NCBI GenBank assembly: GCA_947627365.1
Contig: CANQVT010000006.1
Coordinates: 3,262-67,261 of the forward strand
Origin: an uncultured Lachnospiraceae bacterium
Lineage (GTDB): Bacteria; Bacillota; Clostridia; Lachnospirales; Lachnospiraceae
Direction of reading: 5' to 3'
DNA: 64,000 nt
The notes beneath the pieces are model-generated. The model was not told the DNA's origin and searched no databases. It was given only the letters and a program-made list of their open reading frames with translations. The translations under genes were made by a program, and so were the position numbers. This document shows, in pieces, positions 37,432 through 46,940 of the stretch (position 1 is the stretch's first letter; the number at the start of each line of letters is the position of its first letter).

Positions 37432-40386
37432 ATGAAAACGAAAAAGTGGTTAAAGTGTTTACTGATGACGATGGCACTCATGATGGCCGTCAACGTGGGG
37501 ATAACAGCCACGGCGATCCCGGCTACTGCGAAAGCAAAGACAGAGACCGTCAAAAAAGGAACAAAATTCTGGAAGGGCAATCTCCAGTATAAGGTTTCAT
37601 CCCTCAAGGGGAAAAAAGGAACCGCCACGCTGATCGGCGCAAAGTCCAAAGTGACTTCCGTGAGTGTGCCGAAGACAGTAAAGACGGGAAAGTATACGCT
37701 GACCGTAACGGCGATCGGCGACAATGCGTTCAAGGGCTGTAAGAAGCTGAAAAAAGTAGCGACGAACACGGTGATCAAGGAGATTGGTAAGAATGCGTTC
37801 AAGGGCTGCAAGAAGCTTGAGACAGTGGACATTAGGAGCAAATCGCTCAAGAGTGTTGGGAAGAACGCGCTGAAGGGGATCGCGAAGACAGCGGTAGTGA
37901 AGGTACCGGAAGGGAAGGATGCTTCCTACGAGAAGCTTCTGAAGGTGCCTGTACAGACTCCGGCTGAGGAGAAAGCGACTGAGGCGGTGAAGGAGGCAGA
38001 AGCCCCGAAGGCTCCGGCAACGGAAGCTCCGAAGGCAGTCTCGACTCCGGCAGAGACGAAGACAGAGACTCCAAAGGCTGCGGAGACGCCGGAAGCAACA
38101 CTAGCTCCGGCAGGGACGAAGACAGAGACTCCGAACGCTGCGGAGACACCGGAAGCGACGCCGACTCCAGAAGAGACAGAGCTGGAATCTCTGAAGGAAA
38201 CTGAGATGGAGATACCGGAAGCGACGCCGACTCCGGAAGAGCCCGAGATGAAAGCCCAGAAGGCGACCGAGACGGAGACGCAGAAGGCGACCGAGGCGGA
38301 AACACAGAAGGTGACCGAGGCGGAGACACAGAAGGCGACTGAGGCGAAGACGCAGAAGGTAACCGAGACGGAGACGCAGAAGGCGACCGAGACGGAAACG
38401 CAAAAGGCGACCGAGAAGGTAACCGAGGCGGAGACACAGAAGGCGACTGAGACGGAAGCTCCGAAGGCTCCGGAAACGACGCCGACTCCTGCGCCGACAC
38501 CAAGCCCGGAAGTAGAATCGGAAGCTCCGGCTCCGAAACCGTCTGTAAAGAGAGCCCCATCTGTCTCGAGGAAACAGGCATCGACTTCGGAACCGAAGGC
38601 AGAGCAGACAGAAACAGAAGCTGCGACAGCCCCGAAGGAGACTGAGACGAAAGCGCCTGCAGTGACACCGGCTCCGGAGACGGAAGCTCCTGTTCAAACT
38701 GAGGCGAAGAAAGAGGAAACGGAAGCCCCTGCGCAGACTGAGGCGAAGAAAGAGGAGACGGAAGCTCCGGCTCAGACAGAAACGGAAGCCCCGACAGAGA
38801 CCGAGCATGTGTGTGAGTTTACCTGGGTTGTGACAAAGGAGCCGTATTGCGGATACCTTGGTTATGACATGACCTGGCGTGACACTGGAAGCAGAACCGG
38901 CACCTGTGAGGTATGCGGCAAGACGGTGAAGGAAGGCCTCAGAGCTGAGCATGATTTTGAGGATTCTTACGTAGCGCCTACCTGCACAATGGATGGTTAT
39001 TATAAGTGCAAGGTATGCGGCTATAAGGATACCGAAAATGCGGGGAAAGCTCTGGGACACGACATGCAGCATTTTGAAGTCGCGCCTACATGTACTGAGG
39101 ATGGATATTCCTATGATCAGTGCAGCCGCTGTGGCAAGATTGCGAACAAGACGGTGACAGCGAAAAAGCTTGGACATGACTATTCGGGCGAGGTTACTGT
39201 ACTGAAGGAAGCCACCTGTATGGCGGACGGTCAGCAGTTGACCGCCTGTGCACATGAGGGTTGTACTGCAACATGGTCAAAGCGCATTCCGAGGCTTGGG
39301 CATGAGTTCCTGAAAGAGGAGTTCCCGGCGACCTGTACAGAAGATGCGAAGACTGTGACGACCTGTAAAAACTGTGATTACAAGGATGTAAAGGTCGATT
39401 ATGGCACTGCGCATCATACTCTGGTAGAGGAAGGACAGGTAGCAACGTACGGAGCAAGATCTGCGTTCAGGGTAAAGGCCTGCATAGCTGAAGGCTGTGA
39501 TTACACCGAGGTAGATGAGGTTGACCAGACCTCTCACAGCAGCCATACTCATTGGGTCGATGTAGATACTCTTAAGAAAGAGCTTGAGGAAAAAGGCGAG
39601 GAGACGACAAAGCTTCCTCTGGCGCAGGGTGTGCTGGCGGCCAACAGTGTGATCAATGGGCAAAAAAGAATCCGGACAGAGATTTGTAAGGACTGCTTCG
39701 ATTTGCCAGAGCGTAAATATGAGCTTCGCTACACGTACCAGGAAAACGGTACAGGCGATTGGATCTCATGGGAGCAGACCTCCTGTTATAAGAACGGTAA
39801 GGGTCATACTTGGGACGAGAGTCTTAAAGGCAAGGACGGCAAGTCTACGCTCTGCCGTGTATGCGGAATGACAAAGCCTGCAGAACAAGGGCTTGGCAGC
39901 AGCCTGGTATGGGATGCCAGCTTTACGGCGGATTCCGAGAAATGCGTCGGATTTAAGCTGCCAAACGGCGGCGTATATGCTACCGCCCTGCTTACTTCAA
40001 AGGCAAGCTATCCCTTGAAAGTGACAGCGCCGGAGGCAAAACCGGGCTATGAGTTCCAAAAGTGGACATGGAAGACTGCGGATAATCAGGAGCATTCATC
40101 TGAAGATCCTGAGCTGACAGTGCCCTGTGATCTTATGAACGTCGTCTTCACCGCGCATTATGCACAGGAAGGACAGACGGAGTCGGCTATGGAACTGGAA
40201 GCTGATGAGCTTGCAGCAGCAAGTGTGCCGCAGAGCATACATGAGGAACTGCATGTCGACTTGGCCGGAGTGCTGGACGCCGACCTGTCTACGGCTGGTC
40301 ACGAAGAGCATACTGTGACGGATCACAGTGATCCTCTGGTAGAATCTGAGGACACTGCAGCGCTTGAGGCAGGATTGACAGGCTGA
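37432..40386 (+). CDS. Secreted BspA-type LRR protein with stalk and His/Cys repeats, paralog 2
   Basis: LRR region identical to paralog 1; ATE(A/T)ETQK repeats; about 6 His/Cys repeats; InlB-B-like GYEF.KW domain; ATG at 37432 follows AAGGAGG. Confidence 0.85.
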   Translation: MKTKKWLKCLLMTMALMMAVNVGITATAIPATAKAKTETVKKGTKFWKGNLQYKVSSLKGKKGTATLIGAKSKVTSVSVPKTVKTGKYTLTVTAIGDNAFKGCKKLKKVATNTVIKEIGKNAFKGCKKLETVDIRSKSLKSVGKNALKGIAKTAVVKVPEGKDASYEKLLKVPVQTPAEEKATEAVKEAEAPKAPATEAPKAVSTPAETKTETPKAAETPEATLAPAGTKTETPNAAETPEATPTPEETELESLKETEMEIPEATPTPEEPEMKAQKATETETQKATEAETQKVTEAETQKATEAKTQKVTETETQKATETETQKATEKVTEAETQKATETEAPKAPETTPTPAPTPSPEVESEAPAPKPSVKRAPSVSRKQASTSEPKAEQTETEAATAPKETETKAPAVTPAPETEAPVQTEAKKEETEAPAQTEAKKEETEAPAQTETEAPTETEHVCEFTWVVTKEPYCGYLGYDMTWRDTGSRTGTCEVCGKTVKEGLRAEHDFEDSYVAPTCTMDGYYKCKVCGYKDTENAGKALGHDMQHFEVAPTCTEDGYSYDQCSRCGKIANKTVTAKKLGHDYSGEVTVLKEATCMADGQQLTACAHEGCTATWSKRIPRLGHEFLKEEFPATCTEDAKTVTTCKNCDYKDVKVDYGTAHHTLVEEGQVATYGARSAFRVKACIAEGCDYTEVDEVDQTSHSSHTHWVDVDTLKKELEEKGEETTKLPLAQGVLAANSVINGQKRIRTEICKDCFDLPERKYELRYTYQENGTGDWISWEQTSCYKNGKGHTWDESLKGKDGKSTLCRVCGMTKPAEQGLGSSLVWDASFTADSEKCVGFKLPNGGVYATALLTSKASYPLKVTAPEAKPGYEFQKWTWKTADNQEHSSEDPELTVPCDLMNVVFTAHYAQEGQTESAMELEADELAAASVPQSIHEELHVDLAGVLDADLSTAGHEEHTVTDHSDPLVESEDTAALEAGLTG
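38255..38460 (+). repeat. 24-bp coding tandem repeats (QK(A/V)TE(A/T)ET)
   Basis: Repeated CAGAAGG(C/T)(G/A)ACCGAG(A/G)CGGAGAC units. Confidence 0.85.
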
Positions 40387-40427
40387 GATTTTAGCCGGAT
40401 GTACAGAAACAATTGAGGCATTACGAG

Positions 40428-40460
40428 GGGCCGTCGCATGAATTTGCGGCGGCCTTTTTA
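40428..40460 (+). terminator. Intrinsic terminator, homologous to 36708-36743
   Basis: GGCCGTCGCA / TGCGGCGGCC followed by TTTTT. Confidence 0.75.
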
Positions 40461-40544
40461 TACGCAAACTTTCCCACTCTTTCCCAGCTGGATTTGCTTG
40501 ACAAGATGTGAAAAGTAGTATAGTATGGCAGTAGCAAGAGAAAT

Positions 40545-40644
40545 TGCAAAAGGCAAACCTGTCGAAAGGCAGGGACGCAAAGCCAAGGGTCTAAGGCCGC
40601 CGCAGGGCAGAACCTGCAAAGCTATGACAGCCGGTTGCCATATT
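40545..40644 (+). promoter_or_regulatory. c-di-GMP-I (GEMM) riboswitch, copy 3
   Basis: Same conserved core; TTGACA promoter element at 40498-40503 just upstream. Confidence 0.93.
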
Positions 40645-40805
40645 TCTATGAGCGAAGACGACATAGGGATTTTTTGGTGACCGCTGATTTTAAGAATTCA
40701 GCGGTTTTTTATGCAAATTATGGAAAAGAGTCCTATATGACGTGCTCCAGAGAAATGGCTCATCGAAACCTGAAGAATTGTTATTTGAATGAGGAGGATG
40801 AAGCT

Positions 40806-42719
40806 ATGAAGATGAAGAGATGGATGAAATGTTTGATGATGGTGTTGATGTTGACACTGTCAGTCGGCGCGGGAGTGGCTGGCATCGCGGTTCCGGTTGC
40901 GGCGAAGACTAAGACAGCTGCTGTCAAGAAAGGAACTACATTCTGGAGCGGCAATTATCAGTACAAGATCACTTCCCTGAAAGGGAAGAAGGGTACTGCG
41001 GCATTAATCAGCACGAAGTCGAAGAAGCTGTCTTCTGTGAATGTGCCTGAGACAGTGAAAAAAGGAAAGTATACGTTGACTGTCACTGCGATCGGCGATG
41101 GCGCGTTTAAGAACTGCAAGAAGTTGAAGACTGTCACGACGAACGCGAGCATGAAAACCATCGGAAAAAGCGCGTTCAGTGGATGTAAGAAGCTGCAGAA
41201 AATTGATATTAAGGGAACAAAGTTAAAAGAAGTGGGCAAGAACGCACTAAAGGGTATCGCAAAAAAGGCGGTAATTCAGGTTCCCGAAAAGTCAGAAAAA
41301 TCATATGGAAAATTATTTAAGGGCAAGGGACAGAGCTCTGCCGCATGTCTGACTGCATCGGAGACGGAGACAACGAAGACGATCTCGGCTCCAGAGCCGA
41401 CAAGCGCTCCGCAGCCACAGATAGTTGCTCCGCAGTCTGGCAAGGCTCCGCAGCTGCAGACGGTTGCACCAAAGCTTAGCAATGCATCGACAATAGGCGA
41501 GACATTAGGTATGGACGAGACGTCGGCAGCGAGTAGTACGCCGAGCCTGGAGCCGGGCCCGACACCGAATCCGACTCCGGATGAGAATGGGCTCTATCAC
41601 ATGTCGTGGCATGAGGGGCATGCGCTGGAGAAGATTGAGGATACAGAGGCTACTTGTACAGAGCCGGGTTGTGTACATGTGGATTGCTATCGATGCACGG
41701 TATGCGAGAATACGGAATTTCATGCGATCAAGGACAAAGACCATATCGACGAAGAGAAACCTGCTCTGGGACATGATTGGAGTGAGCCAGTGGTTGAAAA
41801 AGAGCCGACGTGCACACAGTCCGGCCTGAAGGTCAAAACCTGTAAGCGCTGTGACGCGCGGGAGGAGGAAGTGATTCCGGCGACACTGGGAAATCATAAA
41901 TTTGGCGAGTGGGTAGTGACTGTAGAGGCGAATTGTATCACGGTAGGCGAAAAGGTAAGGATCTGTGAAATCTGCGGGACGAAGGAGACAGAGCCGATCT
42001 TTAATGCTAAGCATAATTTTGAGCCTATGGATGATATTAAGCCGACCTGCGAAATGCCGGGAAGAGTTCATCGCACGAGATGTACGGTGTGTGGGGAGGA
42101 ATCCTTCGGTATGGGAGCTAAGGCTCTGGGACATGACTGGGGTGAGCCTGTGGTTGAAAAAGAGGCGACCTGCACGACGCCGGGCTTGCAATCCAGACAT
42201 TGCACGAGAGAAGGCTGCACGGCGACAACAGATGTAGAGGAGATTCCGGCGACGGGTCATACCTGGGAGTCTGAGAAGACGGACGCGACCTGCACAAGCT
42301 ATGGATATACGTTAAAGAGCTGTACGAAGTGCGGAGCTACGGAGACAACAGACAGAGTTGCGCCGACCGGCCATCAGTGGGGTGATGAGATTGTCACAGA
42401 AGCGACCTGCGGCTTGGAGGGCACGCACAAAAAAGTCTGTGAGAAATGCGGCGCTGAGAAAGTGTTGAGCGTGACTCCCGCGACGGGACACGACTGGGTA
42501 CTGAAAGAGAAGGTACCGGCGACCTGTGGGAAAGACGGATACGAGATATGGAAATGCAAGCACGAAGGCTGCAACCTTGAATCTAAAAAAACGTTGCCGA
42601 TGACTTCCGATCACCATCGCTGGGTTCTTGAAGAAGACAGAAGAGGGCTGAGTCACTGCGCGGACTGTGGCAAAACATTTGATGAGTTTAAGAAAGAAAA
42701 TCCGGAGTTGTTTAGGTGA
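40806..42719 (+). CDS. Secreted BspA-type LRR protein with His/Cys repeats, paralog 3
   Basis: ATG at 40806 after GAGGAGG; signal peptide; LRR_5; 8 full and 1 partial H..ATC...CxxC repeats. Confidence 0.85.
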   Translation: MKMKRWMKCLMMVLMLTLSVGAGVAGIAVPVAAKTKTAAVKKGTTFWSGNYQYKITSLKGKKGTAALISTKSKKLSSVNVPETVKKGKYTLTVTAIGDGAFKNCKKLKTVTTNASMKTIGKSAFSGCKKLQKIDIKGTKLKEVGKNALKGIAKKAVIQVPEKSEKSYGKLFKGKGQSSAACLTASETETTKTISAPEPTSAPQPQIVAPQSGKAPQLQTVAPKLSNASTIGETLGMDETSAASSTPSLEPGPTPNPTPDENGLYHMSWHEGHALEKIEDTEATCTEPGCVHVDCYRCTVCENTEFHAIKDKDHIDEEKPALGHDWSEPVVEKEPTCTQSGLKVKTCKRCDAREEEVIPATLGNHKFGEWVVTVEANCITVGEKVRICEICGTKETEPIFNAKHNFEPMDDIKPTCEMPGRVHRTRCTVCGEESFGMGAKALGHDWGEPVVEKEATCTTPGLQSRHCTREGCTATTDVEEIPATGHTWESEKTDATCTSYGYTLKSCTKCGATETTDRVAPTGHQWGDEIVTEATCGLEGTHKKVCEKCGAEKVLSVTPATGHDWVLKEKVPATCGKDGYEIWKCKHEGCNLESKKTLPMTSDHHRWVLEEDRRGLSHCADCGKTFDEFKKENPELFR

Positions 42720-42778
42720 CTCTTAAAGAGTGACTAGATTGACAGTAATAGTTTTCGTGTAGATAAAGGATACCAAAA

Positions 42779-42813
42779 GAAGGAGCGTCCGATGAGGGCG
42801 CTCCTTTGGCTTT
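42779..42813 (+). terminator. Intrinsic terminator
   Basis: AAGGAGCGTCC / GGGCGCTCCTT followed by Ts. Confidence 0.7.
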
Positions 42814-42825
42814 CAAGGACTTCCA

Positions 42826-42984
42826 TTGGCTCCTGTTTTACTTAAAATAAAAAAGTATTTGAAAAGAAGAGCCAAAAATATTATAATATTGCAACTTAAA
42901 GGAATCCTCAATGTCAGGATACCTTCGGAGCTGCACAGAAAAGCAGCAATAAATGTACAAATTCGAAATGAGCAAGTCAGATAA
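42826..42984 (+). pseudogene. HicB-like ribbon-helix-helix remnant
   Basis: Frame reads KGILNVRIPSELHRKAAI, resembling the HicB C-terminal KG.FNVRI.PELH..AA motif; no full gene and no hicA. Confidence 0.4.
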
Positions 42985-43016
42985 TATGCATTTTTGTATA
43001 ATTTAGGAGGATGACT

Positions 43017-43625
43017 ATGCGTGTAGGAATGGGATATGATGTGCACCGCCTCACAGAGGGGCGGAAGCTGATACTGGGAGGCGTTGAGATCCCGTATGAG
43101 AAGGGGCTGCTCGGACACTCGGACGCGGACGTGCTGGTCCATGCAATCATGGACGCGCTTCTGGGAGCGGCGGCGCTCGGGGATATTGGGAAACATTTCC
43201 CGGACACGGACGAGAGGTACCGTGGGATCTCCAGCGTCGTCCTGCTGAAGCGTGTCGCAAAGCTTCTGGAGGAGAAGTGTTTTGTGATCGAGAACATCGA
43301 CGCGACCGTGATCGCACAGCGGCCAAAGCTGCTGCCTTACATGGAGCAGATGCGGACGAACATCGCTGACGCGCTGGGATTGGAGATGGGACGCGTCAAC
43401 ATCAAAGCGACCACGGAGGAAGGGCTTGGCTTTACCGGAAGCGGCGAAGGCATCTCGGCGCAGGCAGTCTGTCTGCTGCAACCGCTCGCGGATCTGATCG
43501 CGGACGATAGAATGCGCCCGGAAGCGGCGGTGTGCCCGCGCATGTATGCCGGTGCAGATTCCGCTGCGAACGACTCGGCATGCCCGGACGGATGCCCCGG
43601 CTGCAGAGGGTGCGCACAAGGGTGA
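43017..43625 (+). CDS. ispF: 2-C-methyl-D-erythritol 2,4-cyclodiphosphate synthase
   Basis: [33 protein letters not shown]. Confidence 0.95.
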   Translation: MRVGMGYDVHRLTEGRKLILGGVEIPYEKGLLGHSDADVLVHAIMDALLGAAALGDIGKHFPDTDERYRGISSVVLLKRVAKLLEEKCFVIENIDATVIAQRPKLLPYMEQMRTNIADALGLEMGRVNIKATTEEGLGFTGSGEGISAQAVCLLQPLADLIADDRMRPEAAVCPRMYAGADSAANDSACPDGCPGCRGCAQG

Positions 43626-43722
43626 GCTTGTAATTATTTTGCAGAAACTCCCTGCGAGAAGAATTTGTTTTTGACACAAACTAAGGGTGCAACACAAATT
43701 CTTGACGAAGGGAGTTTTTATT

Positions 43723-44289
43723 ATGCAGGAAAATCTTGCAATTGCATCTGTTCCGGTGCAGGATTGGGGCGCGCTTTACGGGGAGGAAGAAGCGCTGCGC
43801 GTCGGCACAATATTTCAGGATCTGAACAAACCGTTCTTCGCGGCTTCGGGCGACGGGGCACAGAGCTGTCCGCATGGCGGAGAAACGGGCGCTGAAAAGC
43901 AGGGTTGTCTGCGCGGTGGAGAAACGGGCGCCAAAACGCAGGACGGACAGTGCGGGATCGGTGCCGGGAATATGCGGCAGGACACTTGCCGTGACGCGGC
44001 GGCCTCCTCGCAGCAGCAGGAGCGGGAGCACATGCTGGCGAGGATTCAGGAGACGAGCTTTGCTCTGGACGATGTGCGGCTCTATCTGGACACGCATCCG
44101 GACGATCGTCAGGGGCTGGCGCTTTTGAAAGAAAAACTGGCGGAGCGGAAGAGGCTGCTGCTGGCGTACACAGAGCAATTTTACCCGCTGACCGTGGATT
44201 GCATGGCGGATCTCTATGGAAAGGATCCGTCGTCGGAGTGCTATTGCTGGCAGAAAGGGCCGATGCCGTGGGAAGGGGCGTGTGTGTAA
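43723..44289 (+). CDS. cotJB: Spore coat CotJA-CotJB fusion protein
   Basis: N-terminal LAIASVP.Q.W...Y..EEAL..GTIF.DL.KPF (CotJA); C-terminal F..DD..LYLDTHP...PLT...W..GP.PWE (CotJB). Confidence 0.85.
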   Translation: MQENLAIASVPVQDWGALYGEEEALRVGTIFQDLNKPFFAASGDGAQSCPHGGETGAEKQGCLRGGETGAKTQDGQCGIGAGNMRQDTCRDAAASSQQQEREHMLARIQETSFALDDVRLYLDTHPDDRQGLALLKEKLAERKRLLLAYTEQFYPLTVDCMADLYGKDPSSECYCWQKGPMPWEGACV

Positions 44290-44907
44290 ATGTGGATCTA
44301 TGAGAAAAGACTGCAGTATCCGGTGAAGATCACGAAGACCTGCCCGAAGACGGCGCAGCTGATCATCAGCCAGTACGGAGGGCCGGACGGTGAGCTTTCC
44401 GCGTCGATGCGGTATCTGGCTCAGCGCTACACGATGCCATTGAAAGCAGTGGGCGGCCTGCTTACCGACATCGGCACGGAGGAACTTGGCCACATGGAGA
44501 TCATCTGCGCGATGGTCTATCAGCTCACAAAGAACCTGACGCCGGAAGAGGCGAAGACGGCCGGATTTGACGCCTACTATATCGACCACACCACGGCGCT
44601 CTGGCCTCAGGCTGCGGGCGGCGTGCCGTTCACCGCGAAGGAGTTCCAGTCGAAGGGCGATGCGATCACCGACCTGACCGAGGACCTGGCCGCGGAGCAG
44701 AAGGCGCGCACGGTCTATGAGAACCTGCTGCGCGTCATTACTGATCCGGAGGTGCGCGAGCCGCTGAAGTTCCTGCGGACGAGGGAGATCGTGCATTTCC
44801 AGCGTTTCGGCGAGGCTCTGGAGCGGACGAAGGAGAAGCTCGACGCGAAGAATTATTATTTCTTCAACCCGGAGTTCGACAAGCAGTTTGTGGATATCGC
44901 GAAGTGA
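44290..44907 (+). CDS. cotJC: Manganese catalase family spore coat protein
   Basis: MWIYEKRLQYPV, QYGGPDGEL.A..RY, EE..H.E, REIVH.QRFGE. Confidence 0.93.
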   Translation: MWIYEKRLQYPVKITKTCPKTAQLIISQYGGPDGELSASMRYLAQRYTMPLKAVGGLLTDIGTEELGHMEIICAMVYQLTKNLTPEEAKTAGFDAYYIDHTTALWPQAAGGVPFTAKEFQSKGDAITDLTEDLAAEQKARTVYENLLRVITDPEVREPLKFLRTREIVHFQRFGEALERTKEKLDAKNYYFFNPEFDKQFVDIAK

Positions 44908-44911
44908 AAAT

Positions 44912-44953
44912 AATGCCCTGCCGGTCACGAAATACTGTGATTGGCAGGGCATT
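44912..44953 (+). terminator. Hairpin, probable terminator
   Basis: AATGCCCTGCCGGTCAC / GTGATTGGCAGGGCATT. Confidence 0.65.
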
Positions 44954-45021
44954 TCCGGCTTGTCATTGGAGAGGAGGCATGTTAGAATCACAAAAGGAAT
45001 ACGCCTGACAAGGGCGACAAA

Positions 45022-46872
45022 ATGGGGGAACGAAAAATGAGCGAAAGGATTGAGGCGCGCATGAAAGCGCTGCGGTCATTGATGAAGGCGAAAGGAATCG
45101 ACGCGTATCTGATTCCGACGGACGATTTTCACGCGTCGGAGTACGTGGGCGATTATTTCAAGTGCAGAGAGTACATAACAGGCTTTACCGGGTCGGCCGG
45201 GACCGCGGTTGTGATGCAGGATATGGCGGGACTGTGGACAGACGGGCGCTATTTTATCCAGGCGGAGCAGCAGCTTTCCGGCAGCGGCGTGACGCTGTTT
45301 AAGATGGGCGAGCCGGAGGTGCCGACGGTTCACGAGTTTCTGGAGAAACATCTGGGAGAGGGGCAGTGTCTCGGCTTCGACGGGCGGACAGTCAGCGCAA
45401 AGGAGGCCGAGGAGCTGGACGGAAAGCTTCGGGAAAAGGGGATCCGGATCGACGATGCGGAGGATCTGGTCGGGGAGATCTGGACGGATCGCCCGGCGCT
45501 CTCCTGCGAGCCGGTGATCGAGCTGGGCGTGAAATGGACCGGACGCACGCGTGCAGAGAAGTGCGCGGACGTTCGGAAAAAACTTCAGGAGAAGGACGCA
45601 GACGTTTTCCTGCTGACGTCGCTCGACGACATCGCCTGGCTGCTCAACATCCGTGGCGCGGACATTCACTGCAATCCGGTTGTGCTCTCGTATCTTGCGA
45701 TGACGCAGAAGGAAATCCTGCTTTTTGCGAATGAGAAAGCATTCCCAGAGGAAGTGCGGCACGCTCTGGAGTCGGACGGCGTGGCGCTGCGGCCGTATGA
45801 TTCAGTGTACGCGTACGCCGCGGCGCTTCAGGAGTCTGGCGCTGCCTTGGGCGATGCAGCGATGCATCAGAATATTAAGGTATTGCTCTGCAGAAACGCA
45901 GTCAACAGCCGCCTTGTCAGCAGCATTCCGGCGAATGTGGAGATTCTGGACGAGGAGAACCCGACGCTTCTTCCGAAGGCGATCAAGAATCCGACCGAGG
46001 TCGCGAATGAGCGCGCCGCGCATGTGAAGGACGGAGTAGCCCTGACGAAGTTCATATATTGGCTCAAGACAAATGTCGGGAAGATTCCGATGACGGAGCT
46101 GAGCGCGGAGGAGCATCTGTATGAACTGCGTGCGGCGCAGGAGCATTTCATGGGAAACAGCTTCGATCCGATCATCTCTTATGGAACGCACGCCGCGATC
46201 GTCCACTATTCAGCAACGCAGGAGACTGATATACCGATCGAGCCGAGGGGACTCCTTCTCGCGGACACGGGCGGACAGTACCTCGAGGGAACAACGGACG
46301 TCACGCGGACCATCGTGATGGGGCCTTTGACGGATGAGGAGAAAAAATATTTCACGCTGGTGCTGCGGGGCATGCTGAACCTGGCGGATGTAAAATTCCG
46401 TTACGGCTGCACCGGACGCAATTTTGACTATATCGCGCGCGAGCCGCTCTGGAGGATCGGGGAGGATTTCAACCACGGAACCGGACATGGAGTCGGCTAT
46501 TTCCTGAACGTGCATGAGTCGCCGAACGGCTTTCGTTGGAAGCATGTGCCGGAGCGGGATGATGACGTGGTGTTCGAGGAGGGCATGATCACGTCCGATG
46601 AGCCCGGCTACTATGCGGAAGGAAAGTTCGGTATCCGTCACGAGAACCTGATCCTCTGCAAGAAGGCGGAGAAGACGGAGGCCGGGCAGTTCATGTGCTT
46701 TGAGCATCTGACGATGGTACCGTTCGACCTCGACGGGGTGTTGCCGGAGCAGATGACGGAGCGTGAGCGCGCGCTTCTCAATGCGTACCATGCGAAAGTA
46801 TACGAGACGATCGCCCTGCAGCTTGAGCCAAAGGAGCGGGAGTGGCTTGCGCAGGCGACGCGGGCGATCTGA
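45022..46872 (+). CDS. Aminopeptidase P family (M24B) peptidase
   Basis: D.H.SEY, GFTGSAG, WTDGRY, D.G.QY..GTTD.TRT, HGTGHGVG..L.VHE, EPG.Y, GIR.EN. Confidence 0.93.
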   Translation: MGERKMSERIEARMKALRSLMKAKGIDAYLIPTDDFHASEYVGDYFKCREYITGFTGSAGTAVVMQDMAGLWTDGRYFIQAEQQLSGSGVTLFKMGEPEVPTVHEFLEKHLGEGQCLGFDGRTVSAKEAEELDGKLREKGIRIDDAEDLVGEIWTDRPALSCEPVIELGVKWTGRTRAEKCADVRKKLQEKDADVFLLTSLDDIAWLLNIRGADIHCNPVVLSYLAMTQKEILLFANEKAFPEEVRHALESDGVALRPYDSVYAYAAALQESGAALGDAAMHQNIKVLLCRNAVNSRLVSSIPANVEILDEENPTLLPKAIKNPTEVANERAAHVKDGVALTKFIYWLKTNVGKIPMTELSAEEHLYELRAAQEHFMGNSFDPIISYGTHAAIVHYSATQETDIPIEPRGLLLADTGGQYLEGTTDVTRTIVMGPLTDEEKKYFTLVLRGMLNLADVKFRYGCTGRNFDYIAREPLWRIGEDFNHGTGHGVGYFLNVHESPNGFRWKHVPERDDDVVFEEGMITSDEPGYYAEGKFGIRHENLILCKKAEKTEAGQFMCFEHLTMVPFDLDGVLPEQMTERERALLNAYHAKVYETIALQLEPKEREWLAQATRAI

Positions 46873-46907
46873 TAATGCAGAATAATATCTCTACAGATTC
46901 AAGGAAG

Positions 46908-46940
46908 ATGGGCGGGGAGTTTCGGCTTCCCGCCTTTGTT
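46908..46940 (+). terminator. Intrinsic terminator
   Basis: GGCGGGGAG / CTTCCCGCC followed by TTTGTT. Confidence 0.7.

Noticed and set aside
33610-38512. Diversity-generating retroelement or shufflon
   Set aside because: No reverse transcriptase or recombinase, no adenine-specific mismatch pattern, and no inverted crossover sites.
28310-38800. CRISPR array
   Set aside because: The repeats are in-frame coding tandem repeats without unique spacers, and there are no cas genes.
33450-40644. cGAMP-sensing (GEMM-Ib) variant riboswitches
   Set aside because: All three have G at the position equivalent to Vc2 G20 (A-G-G-C-A-A-A-C) and keep the 3' C, consistent with c-di-GMP.
34700-42680. Multiheme cytochrome interpretation of the Cys/His repeats
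   Set aside because: The motifs are CxxCG/D/E/N, never CxxCH, and there are no heme-attachment genes nearby.
42813-44991. Minus-strand ORFs overlapping ispF and cotJ
   Set aside because: They are antisense to confidently identified genes.
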